Positions 29,481 through 42,139 of a DNA stretch of 64,000 bases are shown here, one piece after another (positions within the stretch are counted from its first letter, which is position 1; each line of letters opens with the position of its first letter). The DNA comes from Trichoplax sp. H2. Lineage: Eukaryota. The stretch spans positions 124,001 to 188,000 of the forward strand of contig NOWV01000136.1 in the NCBI GenBank assembly GCA_003344405.1, in the 5' to 3' direction. The position numbers and the translations under genes are program-made. The notes under the pieces were generated by a model that was not told the origin of the DNA, made no database searches, and saw nothing but the letters and a program-made list of their open reading frames with translations.

Positions 29481-30527
29481 ATGGAAAATACAACGATAGA
29501 TATAGATGAGGATATCAATCAAACCACAGTCGATTATTTTATAACGCAATTTCCAAATTCTACGTTCTGTCCATCCTTGCAAGCCATTTTAAATATTCTT
29601 CATGTAATCATTAGTGGTTTAACTATTTTTATCAATTTGAGCATATTTTTAATCATCATCTGTCGCAAAAGACTGCGTAAATGGAATAATTTTTACCTAT
29701 GCGGTATGTTTTTAGCAGCTACTGGAACAGCTACTGCCAACATTATCCATAAGGTACTATTTAAAATGGATCTAATTTTAGTTTTTCAACAAGGATTTAT
29801 TGCTGTCTTTAACTATTTGATTGCTGTCGTAACATTTAATCGATTTTTGCGCGTTTGTGAGCCTATACGTTATAAAAGTATCATGACTAAAACAGTTATT
29901 GCCAGCGCTACATTATCTTGTTATCTATTTTGCTTTATCATTCCAATTGTTGATTTTATTTTAAGACATTTCTTACAAAACCCAATGGATGCTCTATTAG
30001 TTCGGATGTTAAATTGGCTCTTGGTATGCCATATTTACATTCTACCATGTGCTTGCACTATTTTCCTCTATATTCGTATCGTTATGATTGTATTCTCTCG
30101 TGCCCAGTTTTTAAATCAAATTTCGCTATATCATGCCACGCGATGCAAAACTAATATGAAATCATTTCAGCAATTAGCATTAATTGTGACTCTGTACATT
30201 TTATGTTGGTTGCCCTATTGCATATGCTATCTGGTATTGTCACGCTCTCCCAGTCAAATTGCCGAGACAACATCGATTATTAATATTCTCGTCTTGCTAA
30301 TATTTTTCCATCAAGCCATTAATCCGATCTTGTATGTTGCTCTAACAACAACGATTAAAGATGAAGTGATTGACATTGCCTATAATCCACATGGTAGATA
30401 TCCACGGTCTCGAAGTAATCGTAAAACATTCACATCGAGTGGTAAAGGCGAAACAGTTAGCACAACTACTAATTGTGAAGCCCATCCACATCGTATTCAT
30501 GATATCCGTGAGGTAACTCATTTCTAA
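29481..30527 (+). CDS. Intronless-CDS rhodopsin-like GPCR, ~348 aa
   Basis: The ORF track starts at a GTG (29382); the first ATG is at 29481 (MENTTIDIDEDINQT, N-glycosylation sequons). NRF replaces DRY; TM6 CWLPY, TM7 NPILY. Confidence 0.9.
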   Translation: MENTTIDIDEDINQTTVDYFITQFPNSTFCPSLQAILNILHVIISGLTIFINLSIFLIIICRKRLRKWNNFYLCGMFLAATGTATANIIHKVLFKMDLILVFQQGFIAVFNYLIAVVTFNRFLRVCEPIRYKSIMTKTVIASATLSCYLFCFIIPIVDFILRHFLQNPMDALLVRMLNWLLVCHIYILPCACTIFLYIRIVMIVFSRAQFLNQISLYHATRCKTNMKSFQQLALIVTLYILCWLPYCICYLVLSRSPSQIAETTSIINILVLLIFFHQAINPILYVALTTTIKDEVIDIAYNPHGRYPRSRSNRKTFTSSGKGETVSTTTNCEAHPHRIHDIREVTHF

Positions 30528-31550
30528 GCTAGTTGAATGGGTAATCATGACATGACTAGATCTATTTGGGGTTGATAGTAATTTTCTATCTCAAATATCC
30601 CAAAAAGTCTTTCCGATATTACAACTGTGTTCATTGCATGCTTGATTTTCTCAATATCGCTAACATTTGATGTTATACGATTACTTTGCACAAAATAGTC
30701 AATCTACTTGTATCTATTATTAAGATACGATGGAAGACGATGGTTTGGTAAAATTTTATCGTTTATATGGCACTAAAAGCTGAGACCAATTTAAAATTAT
30801 AATTTTGAGATAAAATCATCATTATGCTGTTATATTCTCCTGGAATATACTAATTTCAGCTATATAAGTATTTATGCACAGTAAGACAACGAAAAATTCT
30901 ATTATTATGCGGAATAAGTTTATCCAGCGGAAAGGCGTTATTAACCTGAAAAACTATTAGAATTGATCATTTAAAATAGTCGTCTTGAAAATAGCATGAT
31001 AGAATGCAGATGAACATGGTTGCTTTTGCAATTTTCTTAGAATGGCATCGAACAATGACTTAAAAATGAGGCATTAAGAGATTTCAAAATTTCATGTCTT
31101 CCTGCTCATCAACATTTTAGCAGCAATCTCTAAATCAAGCCTTGAGGGCGATTTTTTATTATAATAATCGAAAGTCAAGACAGAGAACTCCCGCTAAATC
31201 GTCATTTGAGTAAAATATTGATGAAGGTATTATGGATTTGCTCGATCTTATTGTTCAGAAGTTAAATTTAAACGGTACTGTTACATCATTCTACTACAAT
31301 ATTAGTCCTAAATAAATAAGATATATTTGTTGATACTTTTAACAAGTCCGGTAAAATTTTACCACACCATGTCGAAAATTGGATTTGCATTTCAAATGTC
31401 TACTCTGTTGTTGAAAATTTTTATTTGCTTTAAAATCTAGCAATCGCTAATGAAATACGGCTTTATAAATGTTATAAATGATTTTATAGAAAATAAGAAT
31501 ATGAATGCCTATTTCAATATCCATATTTGAATCAAGTGGATCCTAGTCTT

Positions 31551-31735
31551 TAGAGTCCCTAAATGGAGTAAATACACCACTCGAACCCGATAAAACCCAA
31601 CCAAACTGTTGACTTTCAAACCCGAAATGAGTTAAATCGCCATACAAATACTATATCGGTACAGAATTACTTAACTCGAACCCCTCTCTCGAATAGGGTT
31701 CAAGTCGGGTTTTGAGTTGACTTTTAAGGACACTG
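31551..31735. mobile_element. hAT-like MITE, 185 bp
   Basis: Imperfect TIRs TAGAGTCCCTAAA vs CAGTGTCCTTAAA (reverse complement of the right end), subterminal AACCCG repeats, degenerate 8-bp TSD CTAGTCTT/GTAATCTT. Confidence 0.6.
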
Positions 31736-33810
31736 GTAATCTTTATGGGTTATACGTTCTTTCTGTAATTTTAAGAACACTGTGATAATCATATAATCAC
31801 ATTGGTTTTGGATTGATTTACTGTCTTTATATCTTTTTATTCGCTATTTGTCTATTTTGTACGTAAGATTGTGAAATATGCAGCATTATATGCAACAAGT
31901 TATAAGCTTATTCTAGTAACCTTCTTCTTACGGTTAAGATTTATTATTATTGACTTAAGCGCTACTGTTTTTATTCACTGCAATTCAACTTTAAAAACAA
32001 AATTGCAAAGTTATATCGCGCCATATATATAGAATATGTGCGCATAATACCAAAAATAAATTTGATAATAATTTATTAAGCTATTATAATGATGATCTGC
32101 ATTACATCAATATCTTTGTAGAAAATTTAAGTCGATAGAAAGCCGATATAAACATATTCCTATCTGATATAGTTTAGGCTGATAGTTTATCGTAGCATGA
32201 TTTTAATCTTTACTTTATATAATTGAATAACTTGCTAATTATGTTTATTTAAAGTGGTTCGAACGATTCTATAGAGATAAGATCATTTTTTTTAGTACAA
32301 TAAGTGATAACTGTACCTGTGGAAAATTATTAATATGAATAAGTATATTATATATAGTTAATAGCGATACAACGTATGCTATATCACTTTATTCTATAAT
32401 AAGTTATTTCTCATTCAACTTTTGCTATATTAAATAAATATGTAACCAATTTGTTATGCTATGGAAGAGCTATTCCTTATTTTACTGATTAATTTGGCTT
32501 TCCATAGTATTGATAATTTGGTGGTCAAAGTATTCATTATAATTATGACTGAAATTGTTTTTCTCTTTATAGTAATATATTTCATTTTTATCCTGTTTTA
32601 AATTCTGGTATTATCTCAATTGTTAATTCTTATTTAATTTGATAAATTATTTATTCGCTTCATGCTGATGATTGTACTGAGGCTAATTCTGGTTATTTAC
32701 TCGTATAATACTTAATTAAATAGATAATGCCTATATTAATAACATCATTTTTATCTGACTAAATTCTATTATCTCCATGCTATTTATCTTTCATAGCTGT
32801 TACCATTTCTATTTTACCACATCTCTTATGACATGGTTTTGTTTATAAGGATTCTAGGCATTAATTCTGTTCGACTAGTTTAAGTGAATGACGTTTTAAT
32901 TAAACAATTCATTGTTCAATCAAAAAGACGATTTTTGAGACTTTAAACAATGTGAATACGCTATAGAACATTTTAACAGCTGCTAATACCTATAATTCCT
33001 TTTCTCAAGATTTGAGATAGCCGATCTATAACGACCGATTTAAATGGTCTAATAATTGGAACATAGGTAATATACCACAGACAATGGCTAGATGTCAAAT
33101 ATTTTATCAGTTTCTGAGCTTCGAATACTATAATTTATAATGCCTACATAGACTACCAGAAATTAAAACATAGTAGAAATTCTCAGTAGTCCATGTTACT
33201 GGTGTCTCTGATCATTTAATTTTTTTATCTAGTAATCCGAATCATCAATTTTTAATACTGTTAGTTAGATTTCGTAGTTAAAATTAGTCGATAACATATT
33301 TTTAGTTGCTCTTAAACGGTGTGTGAATAAACCGTTTTCATAACTTGTCATATTATATTTTACATCCATAAGACCAACTAGATTATAATTTTGATCAATT
33401 TTGCAAGATTTAATAAGATAATGAATTAATCAAATAGACCTGATATGAATCAGGTATATAATATTTATTATTCCATGATCGTTATCTTAAGTGATAAAAA
33501 TTTTGTTTGTTATTTCATAATCATTCTTTAAACAATATACAAACTCTAAAGTTTAAATATTATACCAATAATTTAATTCTACGAGACTGCGTACAATTCA
33601 ATAGAATCGTGGATAATTCAGTAGAGATTTCCAGTTATCTCCTACCATCTCTAAATATTGACTATACTAGACAGTTATCCTTGATTTTTCCATCTACAAA
33701 ATACTTTAATTCGATGAAACTATAAATAAATCAAAGAAACTAATTTCAGTCGTATTGATGCCATTAGTGGGTATTGCTTCAATTTTTATAGAGATACTTT
33801 ATTCTCATGT

Positions 33811-34365
33811 TGTTACGGTGTTGCCTTATCATTAGGATAGTTTAATAAGTACAGTAGTAGCTAGTATGGAGAATATCCATATTTGTAGGGCTAGGTAAGA
33901 TAAGTAATGCCTTAACGTGGATGTTGTTTGCGATACTTCATTACATATTTGATATTGATTGTTACTGTGTGATAGATAGCAGTAAGATGATTCAAGTTCT
34001 AATTGATGATAGTTGAATTAGACAACCTACGAGCTTAGATTAAGATTAAGTATGAGTAAGAGATTCAAAATATTTACTGATAGGAAAGCTAGGTAATAAG
34101 GAACATCTCAGTTCGAGATGTTTCTCCTAGTAAGGTATAATCACAATGCTGTTGTCGTTTACAAATTGGACGGTTCCTATATAAACGGGAACATTTGAGT
34201 TGAGTGGTGTGGTAAAAAGTTGTAGATGTATCTTTGCTAATAAAAGTTTCATCTTTACAGTATTTTGCTGTATGTGTTTAACGTTAAGTAAAAGAGCGTT
34301 TAAGTCAGTAGCTACTTATAGACTTTTACTGTACATTACCTTGTCGCAGAAGTGAAATTGTGACA
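33811..34365 (+). mobile_element. Solo-LTR-like element D, 555 bp
   Basis: CATGT|TGTTACGG...TTGTGACA|CATGT: perfect 5-bp TSD and near-perfect terminal inverted repeat; both ends resemble the reverse complement of element B. Confidence 0.85.
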
Positions 34366-36294
34366 CATGTATAAAATACTGTATTTAATTCGATGAAACT
34401 ATAGCTAGATCACTAGAACTAATTTCAGTCCTTTTTTACTTTATCACTAAAGACTGCTCATACTTGGACGCAGATGACTTTCGTCTACTCTTACTGGAGT
34501 TGCAGATATTATTTATTTATTTTGTTCACACTATTTTCGCACTAGTAGGCTATATCTATAATTTAAAAGTCATTTGGATCATGGTCGTACGTGTAAAGAA
34601 TTTCAAATATTTTTATACCTGTTAAAATATGTTAGTATAATACATAAGGTATGTGAAGACTATCCAGATTATCATAATCTATCCTTGCTCTTCCACATTC
34701 AAAGCTATATTCTTTTGTTTGGTGTTGTCTCCAACGTAAAGTATATGTAGACCATTTCAGGATAACAGCTATACAATCTATCCTTGTTCATCCTATTATA
34801 TACTCAAAACTATATGTTTCCTATGTCGTTGTCTCCGACATAAGAAAATACAGTTATAGAGAAAAAATTATTACGATTGGATTGGCATTTATAGTAGTCT
34901 ACAAAAATGGGTATAAAATTGTTTACGAAGGCCCATAATTACTTTTGTGAATGATAGAATTTATTTTGCTCTGTAATTATATATCTGGGTCAATAAGAAA
35001 ATTTTCAATCCATATCATCTATTCTAATGATCGAAAAAGCTTATGCCATATGTAGGTGGCAATGATCGGCAGGCATAGAAATTTTCGAATAGATTCCTCG
35101 GTGAAATCGAAAAAGATCACGTTCTATCATGGATTTACTCGCTTTTCGTTGTACCGTCTAGATTTGCTATAGTTATCAACCGATGAACATAACAATATTA
35201 AAGCTTGTTCTAATAACTTTATTTATAAGTTTAACACGTGCTGTTATAAAAGAAAGGAAAATAACGAGTATCTTTATAATCTCATACATATTTTAGTAGC
35301 CATAAACATATTAGAGTAAGTTATTTATTTTAGATATATGAGTAAATACATGATGAGCTATCTATCACCTTTATACAGTGGTAAAATAAATATGTCCAAT
35401 TTCATATAACATACATGAACACATAAATAGCAATACTACGCTAGGAGTATTTGGTAAGTGCTTGAACTGTAGACGATTTCGTCCACTAATATAAACATTT
35501 GTAAGCATACATTTTAAATCGTTTTTTCTTTTGCTCTATTTCTTTCTTAAAATATCATGATATGATGCATCAGTTTCATTAAATTAGAGCTAATTAAAAA
35601 AACGATATTAGTATGCGCTGCTCAGTTGAGCATATAATATTTCAAGGTTTAATTGGCAAAACATCCGCCAGGCCTATATATACTTTTACAACAAGATTAA
35701 AGGTACAATAGTAATTTCTTGATAAGAAAAAGTCTAAAAACAGTGTTAATAAAAATAACATTTTCCACTTTAAGCCGTAAAATACCCAAAGGAATAACAA
35801 AGTCCCTCTAATAAATACTTGAAGTTTACAAAAGGCACTCTTAATAAAAAATAAGTAAGGCTATAAATAACATTTATAATAATCACAAAGTAATTCTATT
35901 GCTTGCTAAATTCTATCAACCTCTTCATCATGATAGAAAGATTTAATACAGGAAAATAGAAAGTTTCTAAAGTTCTTTCATCGATCTAAAAAGAATAAGT
36001 AATTCTATTTCCAATGTTAAATCATGAACAGCAAGTTCTCTATTCGATATATTTTCATTGCAAAGACTAAAATGAGATATTTCACTAGGAATGAATGCAA
36101 TATTATTTCATCTATTTGTATTCAGACATAACCTTGCATAAATACCGTCATAAGTGAAAAAATTTCCATTTCTTTATCCTATTATAAAAATAAACAGTTG
36201 CATTAATATTACAATCTTTGATACAAACATTAAAGTTAGGGAAACTCAATTTTTCAAGATTGTAAAGCACGATGATTGCTTTACAGAAAATCGA

Positions 36295-36715
36295 ATATTA
36301 ATACGATAGAATTATTTCAATCCTAAGTGCAATCTATGATCGATGCCCTTCATTAAAGATCCAATTTTAGGTATCAATAAAGGGATAGGGAATAGCCAAG
36401 ATTAATTAGGATAGTAGTGAAATCAAATAACTGAAAACGATCGAGTTCATTTTTCATCTTTCAAAATAGAAAGTAGATGCAAATAATTGCTAAATTATTA
36501 GAATTGAAACGTCAATAGAGCAACGAGTAATAGGCTAGTATCCTAAAATCATTTCATTGCTAGGCGCAATCTATGACCGATGTCCTCCATTAATGATCCA
36601 ATTTTTGGTATTCATAAAGAGATTGGAAGTGGATGAGACTAGCTCGGATAATAGTGAAATCAAATAACTGTATAAATAAATTGGTTTATTTTTTGCATTA
36701 TTAAATAGAAAGTTT
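36295..36715. repeat. Diverged ~240-bp tandem duplication
   Basis: GCAATCTATGA.CGATG...TAGTGAAATCAAATAACTG at ~36329 and ~36566. Confidence 0.75.
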
Positions 36716-37018
36716 TCCGAAATAGACCAATCAATCGGTCTGTTTTTATATTATTAAAAAAAATTTTCCGTTAAAGACCAATCGTCTGGTCTATTTTCAT
36801 ATTATGTATATAGATATGTATATGATTGTTAGGCAGAAATATTTGGGCTAAAGACCAAACAATTGGTCTAGTTTTTATATTCTTAAACAGAATTTTCCGC
36901 TAAAGACCGATAAATTAATTTTATCTTTCATGCGATTAAATCGAAAATTTTCACTACAGACCAATTGAGCGCTCTATCTTCCATACTATTGGACAGAAAA
37001 TGTTTCGTTAAAGACCAT
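36710..37018. repeat. ~57-bp minisatellite, 5-6 degenerate units with an internal palindrome
   Basis: Units TTTTCCG.TAAAGACC-N8-GGTCT..TTT.ATATT. Confidence 0.7.
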
Positions 37019-37346
37019 GTCATGATTTCAGCTCTTTGCAGCATTTTCATGTTAGGGAATACAGTGATAATAGGATGCAGTGTAGAGCTAGATGTTGTAA
37101 TAAAATAAATGTTAATTGGAGCTAGTATGATGATGAAAAGGTTTACTTGTACAATCAGAGACTTTTCCATTTTTCTTATTCCCAAAAACTGAAAAGTTGC
37201 TATGGGCTATAGAAGGCCTTAGCGGATAGCTGTATTAAGAATTAAGGATTATTATTTAGCCGCTAAGAATAGCAGTAGATACTGAACAAGGATGATAGAG
37301 ACTGGATTTATTTCCTTGCTAGAAATAGCCGCTAACGTTTACAGAG

Positions 37347-38309
37347 CTATTTGATACTTTGAACTTTGGTCGGTTTAACACGACTTATGATACGAACACG
37401 ACGAATACTTCTTCTCCAAATTCGGCCACCTTCCCTTCTCAAACTTAATGTATAAAAGTAGTAAATGATTGGATTAATAGTAATATGAGCATACAAAAGC
37501 ACTTTCAAAGTATTTAATATATCCACAGATACGAAAGATGGATTTCCAAGTTGGACCATGTAGGATATGGTATAAGGTAGCCAACAGAAGGAAAAAATAC
37601 CAATAATAATCGCCATTTGCTGGATTGCTTTTTTATTCCTTTTTAAATTGGCTTGTTTAACATGAGGCATAATGGTGATCACTAATTTGGCTCTCGAATA
37701 GACTAAACACATAATGGCAATATATAAAATGATGATACAGAGTAATGGAAGAAAGATGATAATGACCAAGAGGAAAGTAGCTAGCACTGCTGTATTAGCC
37801 GAGCGATGGATAAAACAAATTTGATCGGATAAAATGTTGGCATAGATACTACCAACCACAGTAAAAGCTAATATCCATAGCAAGATAATGGCTACAGTTA
37901 ATTTTTTGGTGGTGATGAGGTATGGATATCGTATAGGATAAGCTACTCGTAAATACTTGTCAGCACTAATCAAGATCATGTGTAAATTATAGTTGAGCAT
38001 GAGTGATTGAGAAAGAACGATAAAGATGGCGCAAGATGGATAACGATAGGTGGTATGACTGAAGAACCAGCCATAACATGTGATTAAGTATACACCAAAG
38101 GCAGCACCAACAATTAATAGACTGGATAAAGCAGTATTGGAAGAGATATGGCGTAGTTTTCGATCACAAGCAATAAATACCAAGATGATTACATTGGTTA
38201 AAATAGACAATCCACCTAAAGTAACGTTAATTAAGCTAAAAGTCAATGAATTCCACCGTGGAGCATGGCTATACTCGATAGTACTGAATGTAGTTTGATT
38301 CACAAGCAT
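37347..38309 (-). CDS. Intronless rhodopsin-like GPCR, 320 aa from the first ATG (frame open to a GTG at 38411)
   Basis: 7 TM; TM1 N (ILTNVII), DKY replaces DRY (ADKYLRVAYP), TM6 FSFCWLPY, TM7 NPIIY. Start codon uncertain. Confidence 0.9.
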   Translation of the reverse strand: MLVNQTTFSTIEYSHAPRWNSLTFSLINVTLGGLSILTNVIILVFIACDRKLRHISSNTALSSLLIVGAAFGVYLITCYGWFFSHTTYRYPSCAIFIVLSQSLMLNYNLHMILISADKYLRVAYPIRYPYLITTKKLTVAIILLWILAFTVVGSIYANILSDQICFIHRSANTAVLATFLLVIIIFLPLLCIIILYIAIMCLVYSRAKLVITIMPHVKQANLKRNKKAIQQMAIIIGIFSFCWLPYTISYMVQLGNPSFVSVDILNTLKVLLYAHITINPIIYYFYTLSLRREGGRIWRRSIRRVRIISRVKPTKVQSIK

Positions 38310-38499
38310 GATGTTGATGGCGCTACTTGATTGCCAAGACTTGACCAAACTGGGAAAGAAAATGGATTCTGTAGCGTTTATATTACTCAATATAGTATTA
38401 CTTGCATCCACGATCGATATTAGTATTCTTTCTCAACGGCCAGAGTCGAATAAATGAATTATTTACCAAACCAATTAATTAGCAAAGAAATCGCTGTAT

Positions 38500-40330
38500 T
38501 AAGGATAAGGATACAACAAGATGAATGCAATAGGATAAGTAGAGTTAACTTTATGAAGTAGCATGGACGAGAATTTGACCTTGGCTTCTTAAAATGCTAT
38601 ACGAGTTATATGCTACTATCTTGCATAAAATTTCAATACGTTTATTCTTTCTAGAAAATGGGGATTTAGTATTTATTCAAGGAAAAGTTAGCTGATCGTC
38701 TTAGAATATTGGTGCGACAGAATAATTGGATTGGTAGAATTGTCTTCAGGGATCATGGACAAAAAGAAACGAGGAAGAGATTTCGATTTGCTATAATGGA
38801 CTGCTACCTTGCCTAAAAAATATCAGTTCGCTAGTATTCTTATCCAGAAACAGAATAATTAAATGGGTAGAGCTGACTCCAAGGATTACGGACGAAAAGA
38901 AAAAATGGAAGAGATTTCGATTTACTATCACGGACTGCTACCTTGCCTAAAACTACCAAACTCTCGATGATTCTTTTCCTGAAAATGTGGATTCAGTATT
39001 TAAAGAAAAAGTTAGATGATCATCTCAAGATATTGATGCTACAGAATCATTAGAAGAGTAGAATGATCTTCAAGAATCATGGATGATAATTTACTTTCAG
39101 CTTTCTTCTAATTTTGCCAATATCGACTGTATACCTGTCATCCAACAGGAAAGAAAGAGAAAAAGATTTCGATAGTGGACTGCTACCTAGGCAAAACTAT
39201 CAAGGCTCGTTGTCTTTTCCGGAAAATCTGAACCCAGTATCAACTCCCCAAAAATTCCAGCCAAAAATAACTATTCAATTGATATGAATTCGATAGAATG
39301 GATGCAATTAAATAAGTAGATCTATCTTCAAGTAACATAAATAATAATTTATCTTCATTTAAAATTACCGATATTGCTAGTAATGTCTATCTTGTAGAAC
39401 AACGGAAGGAGGAAAAGAAGCGATTTCTTTTTCGTTATAATGTGTTACTACTTTACTTAATATTAATGCTAGTCTTCTTTCCCACCGAATCTATATTCAG
39501 GATAAATATAAAAAGTAGCTTTTAACTAAGAATTACTGTTTTATGGAGATTGTTACGACAGAATGGATGGGAAGAGAAGAGTAAATTTGTCTTCGAGTAG
39601 TATCAACAGTGGTTTACCTTCTTTTAAAATGATCGATACTACCAATAAGGTCTATCTTGCCGAATAACAGAAGGAGTAAAAGAAACGACTTCTTTTTCGC
39701 TATAATGTGGTACTACCTTGCCTATAATATTAATGCTAGTCTTCTTTCCCACAGAATCTGCGTTCAGAATAAATTTAAAAAGCAACTTTTAGCTAAGAAT
39801 AACTATCCTATCGTTAATGATATGATGGATTTATAATGCAGTACTACCTTGCCCAAAGTATCAATGCTAGTCTTCTTTCCACAGAATTTAAATTCAGGAT
39901 AAATTCAAAAAGCAACTTTAAGCTAAGAAGAATCGTCCTATCGATATTAATACAGCAGAATGGATGCAATGGGATGACTAGACTTTAAGTAGCACAAATG
40001 ACGATTTATATTCTTCTAAAATGACCAATATTGCCAATAATGTAAATCTTGTAGAACGACAGTATTAAGCAGGAAGCGATTTCTTTTCGCTGTAATATAG
40101 TACTACCTTGCCCAAAATATCAAGGCTAGTCTTCTTTTCCACACAATCTGAATGCTGGATATAATCAAAAAAAGTTACCACTCTTAGCTAAGAGTAAACT
40201 GTCCTATCGATATTAATACCACAGAATGAACGCAATGAGATGAGTAAAGTTGTCTTTAAATGGGCGATAATTTTACTTTAGCCTTCTTCTACAATAATCA
40301 ACATGGACAGTAATGGACATCGAGCACAAA
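38500..40330. repeat. Degenerate tandem array (~130-265-bp units, ~8 copies) upstream of GPCR 3
   Basis: Core CTACCTTGCC.AAA.TATCAA.GCTAGTCTTCTTTCC recurs near 38614, 38803, 38938, 39183, 39449, 39713, 39845 and 40103. Confidence 0.8.
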
Positions 40331-42139
40331 ACGATATCAAACAGCGAGAAAAGAAAATTCCCTTTGCCTGTTGTATACCGATATTTGGAATGGTAGATCA
40401 ATGATATAGCATCAATCTTAATGATCCTATTTGGGCTAGAAAACAAATATAGATTATATACAGGAATAATACCCTATAAAATGAAGTTTTTTGAATGATA
40501 AACATGCAGTGATTATAAACGACATTATTCTTTTGTGGCTTTCTTAATAGATAGAATGATCAATTATGGTCATTTTTCTCGGTCTCTATTACAATAGTCC
40601 AAGTACAATATTATATAATCAATGATGAATGGTGCTCTTATTTTAACACTATTTCTTGAATAGCATCAAGTAAAGTGATAGGGGAGCTATAAATCAGTAA
40701 CATTTTTAAGCGGTTGATATTTTATCCCTATCGATCAAGAATGGAGCGTAGTATTGATTATCATCTCGGGAGGAAAGAATAACATGATTAAAAGAGAGAA
40801 AGGAAATCAAGGATGTAAAATTTACATTAGTCTTGAACTTGCAACCGATACGATGACGACATAATTGCATCTATGGAATAGAACTGCTCGTTATGGACAA
40901 TTGATCCATATTGCAAAACGAATTGAGGTTGGGCAACGCCTTCATATTAAATAAAGCAAGAAAATTGTTGAGGTTAATTGCTTTGTTAGTATTGAAAAAA
41001 AAGATCGCAATAGAGAGAATTATTATTGCTTTGAATAAAGTAAAATAAATAATAAAAAACCAACAAACAATTTCTATTCAAATCCTTGCATCAATAAGAA
41101 TATCTCTTTCCATAATGCTAATCTAATACTAGAGAGTCTTAATAAAAAAAATCTACTTTCATTTTCGTCCAATCAATGAAAAAAATGGAGTAGCATTCTA
41201 TCGTTATTGTCTCATCAAAATTAGCATCGACTTTGATTTATTAAAGCAACGCTTATGCGATAGAATTGATGGTGTTATTCATCCTTAGGTTAGAATTTCC
41301 TCCATAAAGGAGCGAAGATAGAAATTATTCTATATCAATTCATATCAATTTTTAACACTACATTATATGGATTTATATCATGATCAATACCTATACCTTT
41401 TTCCTTCAGGTCATTGCATGATGGCCATTACTTATGATTAGCAATAAGTGCTTACAACATTAGTCATCGCTAATTCAATCATTTTTTTATAATATCAATT
41501 TAATCCATATTGAATACTTTCAATAATATTCGCTAAATATTGAATACAGGAAAACACAGTAAAATATCCGACAAAAATAGCGACGATAGTAAAAATAAAG
41601 ATTGCATTTAGATCATTATATAATTTCATATTCAAAGATTAAGCTATTCTAGCCGCCAATAATGAATATCAATCACTAACACAGAGGAGAAAATTCCTTC
41701 AAATAACAGTCGGAAACTGTCACCTAGAAATCATTACAATAATATGAGCGATACTTAACCCCATCATTTCTTATTCGATAAACTATTAAATGATCAATTC
41801 GTTAATAGGAATTTAGCTGTGAAATAAATCTCATCTGTAGTCATGGCGTAGGCCTGAAATGATATATATTTTATTCTAAAAATTGAATAATGATTTAATA
41901 AAGAAGTCATTCGTCTTGATAGAAAACCTATTCGAAGAAAGGCGATGGGTATTTATTGTTTTATAAAAGTGAATGATGATTCTATTATTAGGGTATTAGT
42001 GCTTGAAATTAAGCAGATTACATGTTATAACATATGTATTAACCATTTCCAAGCTGATAATTTCTATCATAATTCCATTATTATGGTAGTAGCCCTGAAA
42101 AAGTAAATCAAAAGTCTTGAAGCAGGCGTAAATTATTTG

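Noticed and set aside
36710-40330. Repeat arrays as CRISPR
   Set aside because: Eukaryotic context, whole units are homologous (no unique spacers), repeats are degenerate, and there are no cas genes.
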